Below are positions 10,912-22,410 of a stretch of DNA of 64,000 nt, piece by piece. The DNA lies in the NCBI GenBank assembly GCA_964016885.1, contig OZ024760.1:9238001-9302000 (forward strand), given 5' to 3'. The notes under the pieces were generated by a model. It saw only the letters and a list, made by a program, of their open reading frames with translations. It had not been told where the DNA came from and did not search any database. Made by a program: the position numbers and the translations under genes. Numbering within the stretch: position 1 is the stretch's first letter; every line of letters starts with the position of its first letter. Origin of the DNA: Eledone cirrhosa. Taxonomy: Eukaryota.

Positions 10912-11332
10912 GTCTATATCCTAGCTGTTCTGTCACTATCCCAGCTATTGTGTATATATCCTAGCTGTTCTGTCACTATCCCAGCTATTGTGTATATATC
11001 CCAGCTATTGTGTATATATCCTAGCTGTTCTGTCACTATCCCAGCTATTGTGTATATATCCCAGCTATTGTGTATATATCCTAGCTGTTCTGTCACTATC
11101 CCAGCTATTGTGTATATATCCCAGCTATTGTGTATATATCCTAGCTGTTCTGTCACTATCCCAGCTATTGTGTATATATCCTAGCTAGTCTCTCTATATC
11201 CTAGCTAGTCTCTTTATATCCTAGCTATTTTGTCACTATCCTAGCTAGTCTCTCTATATCCTAGCTATTGTGTATATATCCTAGCTATTCTGTGACTATC
11301 CTAGCTATTCTGTCTATATCCTAGCTATTATG
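10912..11332. repeat. 20-bp minisatellite with 60-bp higher-order repeat
   Basis: ctagctgttctgtcactatc / ccagctattgtgtatatatc; lines 10981, 11041 and 11101 are identical. Confidence 0.92.
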
Positions 11333-11420
11333 TCCACAAAAATACAATAGTATGTATAGAGTAATGTAAATACTAAAGGCTTAAAGAGTTTTATAGAAAT
11401 GTAATGATTGTTTTCCTCAG

Positions 11421-11542
11421 AATACCCATGTGTCTGTCTCTAATCCCCAGCCAACAACTGGTACACAGTTTAACCACAAGATGGTCAGACATTCTTCATC
11501 CATTCCTTCAGCAAGTATCTCCAGTCATTTGTCACAGAAACG
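11421..11542 (+). CDS. CEP350: CEP350-like exon I
   Basis: ttttcctcag|AAT...CG|gtgagt, phase 0-2, open frame NTHVSVSNPQPTTG... Confidence 0.75.
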
Positions 11543-11559
11543 GTGAGTAAAAGGTTCTA

Positions 11560-12060
11560 CAAAGACTTTGTTGTGTGTATTGCAAGGCAGTGTGTCAGGG
11601 AAAATTGTGATGTTGGTGGGCAGAAGTATGTCTGAGATGATAATGGTGAACATGCCCTCACTTATGCTGAAAAGAAGGTAGCATGGAAGTGCCTCTAGGA
11701 AAGATTACTGAATGCGGAGAATGCATGGGAAGAAAATATTTTGCCCCATGTCAACCCAACAGGACCAGCTGTGCAAGTCAGTAGTATAGTAAGTAAGGCA
11801 ATCAAGGATATGAAGACAGGCAGGGCAGCTGGACCATCTGGGGTAGTTGCTTAGATGCTGAAAGCATCTGGAATGATGGGCCACGTTGTAAACCAGGTAA
11901 TATAAAATGGTGCCATACCCCATGACTGGTGTAGCAACATCATCGTCAACCACTACAGGGGTAAAGGAGATGCTCTAGACAGAGAAAACTATAGAGGCAT
12001 TAAGTTGGTTGACCAAGTTAGGAAGGTCATAAAAAGCTAATTAGGGATCAAGTTAACCTT
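11560..12060 (+). mobile_element. decayed RTE-type LINE reverse-transcriptase fragment
   Basis: KTGRAAGPSG...IPHDWCSNIIVNHYRGKGDALDRENYRGIKLVDQ with stops. Confidence 0.7.
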
Positions 12061-12127
12061 TATTTCATGAAGCTCAGTTCCACTAATTTGATTTCAGTAT
12101 CTTGTTTTGTTTTATTTCGTTTTTTAA

Positions 12128-12940
12128 TAATATATCACCAATGTATTATACCTATATAGATGTGATATTAGTTAGATATAAGATATATCACCAATGTATT
12201 ATACCTATATAGATGTAATATTAGTTAGATATAAGATATATCACCAATGTATTGTACCTATATAGATGTGATATTAGTTAGATATAAGATATATCACCAA
12301 TGTATTGTGCCTATATAGATGTGATATTAGTTAGATATAAGATATATCACCAATATATTATACCTATATAGATGTGATATTAGTTAGATATAAGATATAT
12401 CACCAATGTATTGTACCTATATAGATGTGATATTAGTTAGATATAAGATATATCACCAATATATTATACCTATATAGATGTGATATTAGTTAGATATAAG
12501 ATATATCACCAATGTATTGTACCTATATAGATGTGATATTAGTTAGATATAAGATATATCACCAATATATTATACCTATATAGATGTGATATTAGTTGGA
12601 TATAAGATATATCACCAATGTATTATACCTATATAGATGTGATATTAGTTAGATATAAGATATATCACCAATGTATTATACCTATATAGATGTGATATTA
12701 GTTAGATATAAGATATATCACCAATATATTATACCTATATAGATGTGATATTAGTTAGATATAAGATATATCACCAATGTATTGTACCTATATAGATGTG
12801 ATATTAGTTAGATATAAGATATATCACCAATGTACTATACCTATATAGATGTGATATTAGTTAGATATAAGATATATCACCAATGTATTGTGCCTATATA
12901 GATGTGATATTAGTTAGATATAAGATATATCACCAATGTG
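12128..12940. repeat. 53-bp AT-rich minisatellite, about 15 copies
   Basis: atatatcaccaatgtattatacctatatagatgtgatattagttagatataag. Confidence 0.92.
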
Positions 12941-12971
12941 TTGTGATGTTGTTTGTCCCCTCAATTTTCAG

Positions 12972-13093
12972 CCATTCACAGCGGCCAAGTTCTGAAAGGA
13001 GCAGTAGCAGAAGTCATGGGATCAGTACTATCAGTGATGTAAAGAATTGTGTTGACACATCTTCTGGTTCTGTGTCAGAAGATATCTCTGCTG
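12972..13093 (+). CDS. CEP350: CEP350-like exon J
   Basis: ttttcag|C CAT...GCT G|gtaggt, phase 2-1, HSQRPSSERSSSRSHG...SVSEDISA. Confidence 0.75.
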
Positions 13094-13114
13094 GTAGGTC
13101 ATATATTTAGACTT

Positions 13115-13640
13115 CTCTCTACCATCACCATCAGCACCATCATCACCATCACCACCATCACCATCACTATCATCTCTACCACCACCACCACCACCATCAC
13201 CATCACCACCGCCGCTACCATCACCATCATCACCACCATCACCATCATCTCTACCATCACCATCACCTCTACCATCACCTCTACCATCACCACCATCACC
13301 ATCATCACCACCATCACCTCTACCATCACCATCATCACCACCATCACCATCACCTCTACCACCACCACCACCACCATCATCTCTACCACCACCATCACCA
13401 TCATCTCTACCACCACCATCACCATCATCATCATCACCACCATCACCGTCACCACCATCACCATCATCTCTACCACCACCATCACCATCATCTCTACCAT
13501 TATCATCACTATCATCATCACCACCACCATCATCATCATCATCATCATCACTATCATCTCTATCATCATCATCATCATCGCTATCATCTCTATCATCATC
13601 ATCACCACCACCATCATCACCACTATCATCACCATCACCC
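13115..13640. repeat. (CAT/CAC)n trinucleotide mosaic
   Basis: accatc/accacc/tctacc runs; source of the spurious Thr/Ile and Met/Val ORFs. Confidence 0.9.
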
Positions 13641-13857
13641 TCCCTGACCCCACCTCCAACCCCATTCCCAGGGAAGGTTGTGATTCCCTGGACATCTTAA
13701 CTTACCCATTCCCTACACTCACTTCTAACATGATACTACAGGCTACCCCCCTCCTCTCCTCCTCCATAACAGGCACCATTATATCCAACTGGAGAAATTC
13801 AAGGACATTTCTCTTTCTAGCATGGGTAGTGTGCATATTGATATTATACACATATAG

Positions 13858-14190
13858 ATCATCATCATCATTTTACGTCCGCTTTTCCCTGCTTGCAAGG
13901 GTGGGACGGGTCTTATTCAGCACAGCATCTCTCCACTCGTCACGGTCCCTCGTCATCTCCACCATGAGCTTCAATGATCTGAGGTCTGTTCTCACCACCT
14001 CCGCCCATGTTTTTCGTGGTCTACCTCTACCACGTCTTCCTTCAACTGGCAATTCCTGGCACTTCTTCACCCATCGGTCATCCTCCATGCCCATCACATG
14101 TCCATACCACCTCAGTCTCCTCTCCCGTACACTACATTCTATCCCTCTCAGACACAGTTTCTCTCTCAACACATTTATGCTGGGTCGTTC
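13858..14190 (-). mobile_element. RTE-type LINE 3' end
   Basis: LREKLCLRGIECSVRERRLRWYGHVMGM...GRRGRGRPRKTWAEVVRTDL...[13 protein letters not shown], then (TGA)n tail. Confidence 0.85.
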
Positions 14191-14259
14191 ATATAGATAT
14201 GATACATAAATTGAAAGGTAAATTGACAATATGTACATAAATTGAACAAAGACTGTGTT

Positions 14260-14693
14260 ACACTTTCTTCTCTAATCAGTAAAGTAATCCGTGATACGTT
14301 TAAAAAAGATGATAATCTCCAAGAGACCAGTGTCTGTCCTTAGGGCATCAACATATGTTAAACTTGGTCTTTCTCTTCCAGTGTCCCCATGCAGGGGCTC
14401 CCACAGGAGCACTGAGTGCAGTGTCAACTCGTAAAGACCTGAAGATCCGTCTCTTCGTTGCTGTAGTGGAGTCTGTGCTGCTGTACGAGTCTGAGACTTG
14501 GACACTGACCAAGAAACTCACTCAGATGGTGGATGGGTGCTACACGAGAATGCTGAGGATGGCTCTGAACATTAATCAGTATACACTGAGGATGAAGAAC
14601 TCAGAGCTGTACGGGAGCCTCCCAAGGGTCAGCTCGAGAGTAGCACAGAGGAGACTGAGGTTAGCTGGACAGGCTCACCGACAACCAGAGTTG
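14260..14693. mobile_element. RTE-type LINE fragment with internal inversion
   Basis: plus strand 14431-14693 reads KIRLFVAVVESVLLYESETWTL...RRLRLAGQAHRQPEL; minus strand from 14430 continues ELTLHSVLLWEP...YVDALRTDTGL. Confidence 0.8.
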
Positions 14694-14854
14694 GCATCCA
14701 CACACACACACACACATATATATGAGTCTTCCAATTTTAATTTACATTATATATATGTCTGTATATTTTGTTTAAAAATTATCTTTAAGTGAATGTGACC
14801 TGTTGGGTGATGGTTGGTCTAGTATAAGATTGTTGTTTCTCTTTGACATTACAG

Positions 14855-14970
14855 CCAGTTCTGGTAGTGAAGTAAGCTCTGCATCTCAGCCATTGGAATA
14901 TCTCAGCAGGTCCATCACCTCAAATAAACGCAGAGTTGGACATAACAAAGAAAATCTACCAACAAACAAG
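14855..14970 (+). CDS. CEP350: CEP350-like exon K
   Basis: ttacag|CC AGT...AAG|gtaaat, phase 1-0, frame of ORF 14803..15204. Confidence 0.75.
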
Positions 14971-15319
14971 GTAAATATATTAGAAAATCATAGGTTAACT
15001 CTCTTATTTCTAATGAAAGACACTGTCTATGTCATTAACCCTTTCATTACCATATTTTTAATGAAAGACACTGCATATGTCATTAACTCTTTCATTACCA
15101 TATTACTAATCAAAGACGCTGCCTGTGTCATTAACCCTTTCATTACTGTTTTCGTAATGAAACATGCAGCCTATAAATTTAAAAAAAGATTTTTTAATAA
15201 TTAAGAATGTGGAGGGATTTAGTAATAAAACTTTCCCATTATTAAGCTTGTGTTTGGAACATAATTTAACAGAGGTTGTTAGATATAGTTATAGTAGAAG
15301 GTTTTAAGATTCGTTTTGT

Positions 15320-15895
15320 TGTATCATGACAAAAATCACCCAGCCCACACTGTAAAGTGCTCATGTAGGAGTCACAACAAAAAGTACCTGGTCCACACTG
15401 TAATGTGGTCATGTAGGTGTCACGACAAAAATCACCCAGCCGACACTGTAAGGTGGTCGTGTAGGTGTTATGACAAAAATCACCCAGCCGACACTAAGGT
15501 GGTCGTGTAGGTGTTATGACAAAAAGCACCCAGCCGACACTGTAAGGTGGTCATGTAGGAGTCACAACAAAAAGCACCCAGTCCACTGTAAAGTGGTCAT
15601 GTAGGAGTCACAACAAAAAGCACCCAGTCCACACTGTAAAGTGCTCGTGTAGGAGTGACAACAAAAAGCAGCCAGTCCATTCTGTAAGGGGGTCATGTAG
15701 GGGTCATGACAAAAAGCACCCAGCACACATTGTAAATGTGGTTGGCATTAGGAAGGGCTTCCAGCTGTAGAAACCAAGCCAGAAACAGTTCTATATGAGC
15801 AAGACACAGTCACTTGACCCAACTTGCCTTTAATGGGACAACCTGTCTAACCCATGCTAGCATGGAAAATAGACATTAAACGATGATGATGATAA
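15320..15895 (+). repeat. ~48-bp tandem array from a SINE-B-like internal segment, followed by SINE/RTE tail
   Basis: acaaaaagcacccagtccacactgtaaagtggtcatgtagg about 9 times, then ttggcattaggaagggc...gacattaaacgatgatgat. Confidence 0.75.
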
Positions 15896-16299
15896 ACAGA
15901 TGAAAGAAGACCTTGACAGAGATGGTGAAAGCTGATCTTAAATCAGTGAGACTTACAGAGGAAATGACAAAGGAAAGTAATGAGTAAAGACACAGTGTTG
16001 TGAAAATGACCTGTCCAACCCATGCAAACATGGAAAAACTCACCTAAAAATGATGATGATGATAAACCCCTAAACATTAATATAATGATTTCAGGCACAA
16101 GGCCAGAAATTTGGCGGGAAGAAAAGTCAATTAAATTGACCCCAGTCTGGGTGTATTTTATCTTGGCACAAACACTAAAGAGATTGTTGTGACAAGAGCT
16201 TTCTCTACTTTATCAGAGTCTTACTCTTCTGAATTCTAAGTTCAAATCACACCAAGATTAACTTTGAATTTTCATTTCTCCAGGGTCAAATATGCAATT

Positions 16300-16600
16300 G
16301 TGACAGAGAAGGTGTGACAATGGGGAAGGTCTGACATCAGTTGTGACAGGGAAGTTGTAATATTTGGTAAGGTGTGACAACAGGGAAGTTGTGACATCTA
16401 GGAATGTGTGATAACAAAGGACCTGTGGTAGGTGTAACAACAGGGAAGTTGTGACATCTAGGAATGTGTGATAACAAAGGACCTGTGGCAGGTGTAACAA
16501 CAGGGAAGTTGTGACAAAGGTGTGACAGGGAAGTTAGGACAGAGAGGTTGTGACAATAGGGGTGTTGTGACATCAGGGGATGTGTGACAGGAGTTGTAAC
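16300..16600. repeat. degenerate 60-bp minisatellite
   Basis: cagggaagttgtgacatctaggaatgtgtgataacaaaggacctgtgg. Confidence 0.75.
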
Positions 16601-17485
16601 ATTGGCTAAGAATGGCACATATAGAAAAGCAACTTCAGAAGGAGGACTGTAGATGTGCTTACCTTCCGACTTGGTTTGTAATAACCCATCCAACCCATGT
16701 CAACATAGAATGATAAACAAACAAATAATTGGAGGTTGACTACTTTTCATCTCTGTAGCATTAATAAAATAACAGTCATATATTTGGGTCCATGTAATCT
16801 ACTTATACTTTGTTTTTTAACAGTGAAACATTGTTCCAAGGTAAGAAATCTATATGTGACTGGCTGTATGTGGTAAGCCTACCTCACCAACACTATAGAA
16901 CTGTATGTGGTAAACCAGCCCCCACCAACACTATAGAACTGTATGTGGTAAACCTACCCCACCAACACTATAGAGATGTATGTGGTAAATCTGCCTCCTC
17001 TAGCACTATGAGAGTCAACTAAAAAGTTCATAGGCTGACCAAGATACTCTCATTGGAATGTGACTAAATGAAGTTTATTTTTCAACATAGTCTCTCTTGC
17101 AATCCACACCCTTCTTCCGTTGGTGTTGTAGTGTTTAGATGCTATTGGTGAAGATGCTTTCATCCTGTTGGTAAAAAAAGTCATCAACAGCAGATATGTC
17201 ATTATTACTGTGATACTGGTTCCCAGCCAAGTGTTTTTTTATGTTGGGGAACAGATGATAGTTAGAAAGGGCCAAATCAGGAGAATAGGGAGTGTGGAGT
17301 GCTGGGGTATTGTGCTGATGTCACCTGTAGGGTTAAGGTTTTAATGTGTAGGACTGTGTGGTTATTTATAGCCCCAAAATACCTGTTATATTTGTAGGGG
17401 TGTGTGTGGTGTTTATAGCCCCCAAATACCTATCGTTGTTGTTGTGATATTTTGGCTTGACATTTTCCTTCAACTTCAAATCCAG

Positions 17486-17638
17486 TCAAATGGAAGTTCA
17501 AAGAAAGACATGCCCGATGTCCAAGAGGTAACCATGACCAGTGCTCAGCATCCAAAACTAACCAAAGAAATTGGAGAGATTCTGCCTCAGATGTCAAAGA
17601 GGAGACGTAATATAGTGACAGAAGTACCCAAGGTGATG
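17486..17638 (+). CDS. CEP350: CEP350-like exon L
   Basis: tccag|TCA AAT...ATG|gtaagt, phase 0-0; an alternative in-frame donor lies after 17632. Confidence 0.7.
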
Positions 17639-18995
17639 GTAAGTAAGGTATATTGTACCTCAACTGTCAGGTAATATTGTGACAGGAGTACCCAGTGTTA
17701 CAGTAGGGTATATGGTACCTCACCTGTCAGGTAATATTGTGACAGGAGTACCCAATGTTACAGTAGGGTGTATGGTACCTCACCTGCCAGGTAATATTGT
17801 GACAGGAGTACCCAGTGTTACAGTAGGGTATATGGTACCTCACCTGCCAGGTAATATTGTGACAGGAGTACCCAGTGTTACAGTAGGGTATATGGTACCT
17901 CAGCTGTCAGGTAATATTGTGACAGGAGTACCCAGTGTTACAGTAGGGTATATTGTACCTCAGCTGTCAGGTAATATTGTGACAGGAGTACCCAGTGTTA
18001 CAGTAGGGTATATGGTACCTCACCTGTCAGGTAATATTGCGACAGGAGTACCCAGTGTTACAGTAGGGTATATGGTACCTCACCTGTCAGGTAATATTGT
18101 GACAGGAGTACCCAGTGTTACAGTAGGGTATATGGTACCTCACCTGTCAGGTAATATTGTGACAGGAGTACCCAGTGTTACAGTAGGGTATATGGTACCT
18201 CACCTGTCAGTTGATATTGTGACAGGAGTACCCAGTGTTACAGTAGGGTATATTGTACCTCACCTGTCAGTTGATATTGTGACAGGAGTACCCAGTGTTA
18301 CAGTAGGGTATATTGTACTTCAGCTGTCAGGTAATATTGTGACAGGAGTACCCAGTGTTACAGTAGGGTATATTGTACCTCAGCTGTCAGGTAATATTGT
18401 GACAGGAGTACCCAGTGTTACAGTAGGGTATATGGTACCTCAGCTGTCAGGTAATATTGTGACAGGAGTACCCAGTGTTACAGTAGGGTATATGGTACCT
18501 CAACTGTCAGTAGATATTGTGATAGGAGTACCCAGTGTTACAGTAGGGTATATGGTACCTCACCTGTCAGGTAATATTGTGACAGGAGTACCCAGTGTTA
18601 CAGTAGGGTATATTGTACCTCAGCTGTCAGGTGATATTGTGACAGGAGTACCCAGTGTTACAGTAGGGTATATTGTACCTCACCTGTCAGGTAATATTGT
18701 GACAGGAGTACCCAGTGTTACAGTAGGGTATATGGTACCTCAACTGTCAGTAGATATTGTGATAGGAGTACCCAGTGTTACAGTAGGGTATATGGTACCT
18801 CACCTGTCAGGTAATATTGTGACAGGAGTACCCAGTGTTACAGTAGGGTATATTGTACCTCAGCTGTCAGGTGATATTGTGACAGGAGTACCCAGTGTTA
18901 CAGTAGGGTATATTGTACCTCACCTGTCAGGTAATATTGTGACAGGAGTACCCAGTGTTACAGTAGGGTATATTGTACCTCACCTGTCAGGTATA
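17607..18995 (+). repeat. 60-bp minisatellite, about 23 copies, first copy overlapping exon L
   Basis: gtaatattgtgacaggagtacccagtgttacagtagggtatatggtacctcacctgtcag. Confidence 0.95.
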
Positions 18996-19310
18996 TCCTG
19001 AGATGTTTCCAATTAATGGACTGTGCTCCTCCCTAATTTTGACTGGGTTCCCTACCTTGAATATTGAGAAGAAAGGGTGGGGGACCTCTATGAGTTATTT
19101 CACACTGTACCCTGCTTATATGTTATACTCACCATGAGGCCCTTTTTGAGGGGCATTGATTTCTGTCCAGATATCCCTCCTGGCACCAACACCGGGGAGA
19201 ACACTGGGGTCTAAGGGGGTGGTAGAGATGATACAATAGTATATTAATATCAAATGAAACATATTATATATAAATATAATAAAATAAAAAATATGTATTT
19301 ATTTATACAT

Positions 19311-19806
19311 ATTGTTATACTTTGGGAGGGTCATGTTGCCAATAAGAAACACACGCACCAGTTGCTTTCACTTCAATTTATTATATATTTATAAATTTAT
19401 AAATTTACAAATCTACAAACTTATAAATTTCTGGTTGGTTGGTTCCACAACCAGATAGTTGTTTATATATAGTCATAGTCCTTTCGTCACACACTCTGTG
19501 ACCTCTTCAGTGACTGGGGATTCCTTTCTTTGTTTCTGTGCCTTTCCTTTCTTCTGTCCTACGCCATTTTGTTTCTGTGTGTGTGTTGTGTGCTCAGTTT
19601 GCGCATGCGCCACATCCGGGTGTCTGTGTGTGTTTGTGTTCATTTATCTATTTGTTTATTTATTTACATGTTGTTGGTTGGTTGTTTGTTCTATGTGTGT
19701 GTGTGTTTTCATTTTGTCCTTAAATGACCCTCCCAAAGTATAACAATATCGGTTTCAACACACGATTTCAGATAAAGAATCTTGCTAAACAAATTCAGAA
19801 ACGAAA
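19311..19806 (-). mobile_element. inverted-repeat-plus-tail insertion, probably Penelope-like non-autonomous, nested in an AT-rich DNA element
   Basis: flanking direct repeat TATTTATACAT (19300-19310, 19807-19817); inverted repeat 19311-19334 / 19724-19747; extra ~60-nt tail; internal hammerhead motif. Confidence 0.7.
19471..19515 (-). ncRNA. minimal type I hammerhead ribozyme motif
   Basis: minus strand AGUCA-CUGAAGA-G-GUCACA-GAGUG-UGUGAC-GAAA-GGAC-UA-UGACU: 5-bp stem I, core, 6-bp stem II, minimal stem III. Confidence 0.65.
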
Positions 19807-20176
19807 TATTTATACATAGTATATATTATATTATTTATTATATATAAATTAACGATTTAATTTATTATATAATATTTACAATTTGTGTGGAAATAGGGTT
19901 GTGGGGCACTGAGGTAATTATGAGGCCTTGAGTGAGGCAGTGGCCCAAAATATTTGAGAACCTCTGATGTAAACAATGTGTTGATTAGCTGCCTCGGCTT
20001 ATAAATGAGGTTTGGGGTTTTGCTTGTTTCTCAATCATAAAATGGTGGTGGTGGTGGTGGCAGCTTATATTCAAGTATATACACTTGATGAAATGTCTAA
20101 TTGTTTCTATCTTGTTTTTTCCTCTTTCTATCTCTCTGTATTTTCTCTATTTTTGCAATCTAACTTTATTTTCAAG

Positions 20177-20260
20177 GCTGAATTTCAAATTCTCACAACT
20201 CAACAAGAAAATGAACGCAGAGCTTATTATGCCAAAATGAAAAAGTTTTTTACATCAAAG
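20177..20260 (+). CDS. CEP350: CEP350-like exon M
   Basis: long pyrimidine tract, aag|GCT...AAG|gtgaat, phase 0-0, AEFQILTTQQENERRAYYAKMKKFFTSK. Confidence 0.7.
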
Positions 20261-21298
20261 GTGAATGAATATATATAATTTAATATCTTTAAAACAATAT
20301 TTCATTTAATTCTTAATATCCTGTACCACATAAAACCACATTAGCTAGGCAGTTTTGAAAAGTACAAAACAACACTCTCACTACATCACATTAAAAATTG
20401 AAATATTTACTCTAATATTTCAAATGGTCACAACAATCTGTCTTCTAGTAAAGATACAATAAACAAACTTGTTTTTAGAAAATTTTTACTAAATTTTTAC
20501 TAAATCCTAGCAGAGTTGTCTGCTAAATATAGGCAGGGGCTCTGTGATTTGGAGGAAATTGTATAAAGGTTTCATGACAAAATAAGTTTGGCAACCAGAA
20601 GTTTGATAGTATATTTTATTGTGGCACCAGCACTACCACTTTACAGAGTGGACTGGATGTATTTTATTCTGGCACCAGCATTACCACATTATAGAGTGTA
20701 CTGGGTGTATTTTATCATAGCACCAATACTACCACTTTACAGTGTGGACTGTGTATATTTTATTGGGGCACCAGCTCTACCACTTTACAGAGTGTACTGG
20801 GTGTATTTTATTGTGACACCAGCACTAGGGCAATCCTTATGTTCTCAATAGGGCCGAGAGAGAGGGAGTGAGTAGGACAGAAGGGACACAAGGAAGGGGA
20901 GGGGGTGTAAGAGAAGGAAGAAAGAAAGAAAGGGAGAAGTTCTAGGTATTGAAAGTTTCTGGAAATGGCAGTAATATTTGGTAGTTTGTAGCTCAGGAAA
21001 GATGAAAGGAGTAAAAATTTATAAGATTGGTGGATATATACAAAACTCAGGTACTCCTCTTTACTTATCTGAAATCAAAACAGATGCTGACTCCTTGGGC
21101 CTGTCTAGGAAGTCAGTCGCCCCACTTCAGTACTGTCTTGGTCTATGTAGACTTGTCCAACCCTTACTAGCAGGGAAAGCAGACATTAAAATGAGGATGC
21201 TGATACTCTGAGATGTCCCAACAAGAATCTTCTTTCTGTATTCTTATCTCAATGTCTATTTATTCCAAACTTGAACCTATTCTTCTTTATTTTTACAG

Positions 21299-21335
21299 GA
21301 AACAGCTGAAACTGGGAAAGTAAGCTCCAAAAAAA
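21299..21335 (+). CDS. CEP350: CEP350-like exon N (37 nt)
   Basis: ttttacag|GAA...A|gtaaga, phase 0-1, which the phase-1 start of the next exon requires. Confidence 0.65.
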
Positions 21336-21349
21336 GTAAGACATACAAA

Positions 21350-21665
21350 TTAAGACACTCATGCTTCCTGAAATATGCCAAAACTACACCTGATGTACCC
21401 CTTCCATACACATGCACACATGTGTGTATCATGACTCGTGCACTGTTCATTTTACTGATGTTTGTGCATTGCCCTATGTACTGTACATGCACTTTTTGAT
21501 GAGTTGTGGTGCACCTGGGCACTGTACACAATATTTCATTATTATTATTATTATTATATCATGACTCATACACTGTTCATTTTCCTGACATTTGTACATT
21601 ATTCTATGTACTATACATGCACCTTTGATGAGTTGTAGTGCACCTGAGCACTGTACACAATCATT

Positions 21666-21700
<35 letters not shown>
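21350..21700 (+). mobile_element. CR1-like LINE 3' end, near-identical to 1180-1525
   Basis: same duplicated 3' UTR and (ATT)n tail. Confidence 0.8.
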
Positions 21701-21702
21701 GT

Positions 21703-21855
21703 TGAGTTCAAATCTCACCGAGGTTAGCTCTGCCTTTCTCCCTGGCAGGGTTGATAAATAAAGTACCAGTAAGGCACTGGGGTTGATTTAATCAACTTTC
21801 CACCTTCTCTACAAATTGCTGGCCTTGTGCCAAAAGTAGAAACAATTATTATTGT
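21703..21855 (+). mobile_element. SINE family A, 5'-truncated
   Basis: GAGTTCAAATC...AAAGTACCAG...GGCCTTGTGCCAAAAGTAGAAACAATT. Confidence 0.75.
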
Positions 21856-21865
21856 TATTTCTGGA

Positions 21866-22410
21866 AGGGTGGTGGATTGGCAGTATCGGTAGAGGGTCGG
21901 ACGCCATGTTAGGGCGGTGGATTGGCAGTATCTGTAGAGGGTCGGACGCCATGTTAGGGCGGTGGATTGGCAGTATCGGTAGAGGATCGGACGCCATGTT
22001 GGGGCGGTGGATTGGCAGTATCGGTAGAGGGTCGGACGCCATGTTAGGGCGGTGGATTGGCAGTATCTGTAGAGGGTCGGACGCCATGTTAGGGTGGTGG
22101 ATTGGCAGTATCGGTAGAGGGTCGGACGCCATGTTAGGGCGGTGGATTGGCAGTATCTGTAGAGGGTCGGACGCCATGTTAGGGCGGTGGATTGGCAGTA
22201 TCGGTAGAGGGTCGGACGCCATGTTAGGGTGGTAGATTGGCAGTATCTGTAGAGGGTCGGACACCATGTTAGGGCAGTGGATTGGCAGTATCAGTAGAGG
22301 GTCGGACGCCATGTTCTGACGCATTGAGTTACGACCCTTGCTATTCTGAGTTCAAATGCCGCCAAAGTTAACTTTGCCTTTCATCCTTACGGGGTCGATA
22401 AAATCTGGTA
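21866..22410 (+). repeat. 45-bp x10 amplification of the SINE-A head, followed by the rest of the SINE
   Basis: agggcggtggattggcagtatcggtagagggtcggacgccatgtt repeats, then B box at about 22348. Confidence 0.9.

Noticed and set aside
13049-14209. 386-aa Thr/Ile-rich ORF and its Met/Val antisense
   Set aside because: A trinucleotide tract fused to an antisense LINE fragment.
17040-17300. mariner-like transposon fragment
   Set aside because: The resemblance is from memory only; I could not show TIRs or a readable transposase motif.
17679-19001. 440-aa ORF as an independent gene
   Set aside because: It results from a stop-free 60-bp unit, starts at GTG and is out of frame with exon L. Kept only as a splicing hypothesis.
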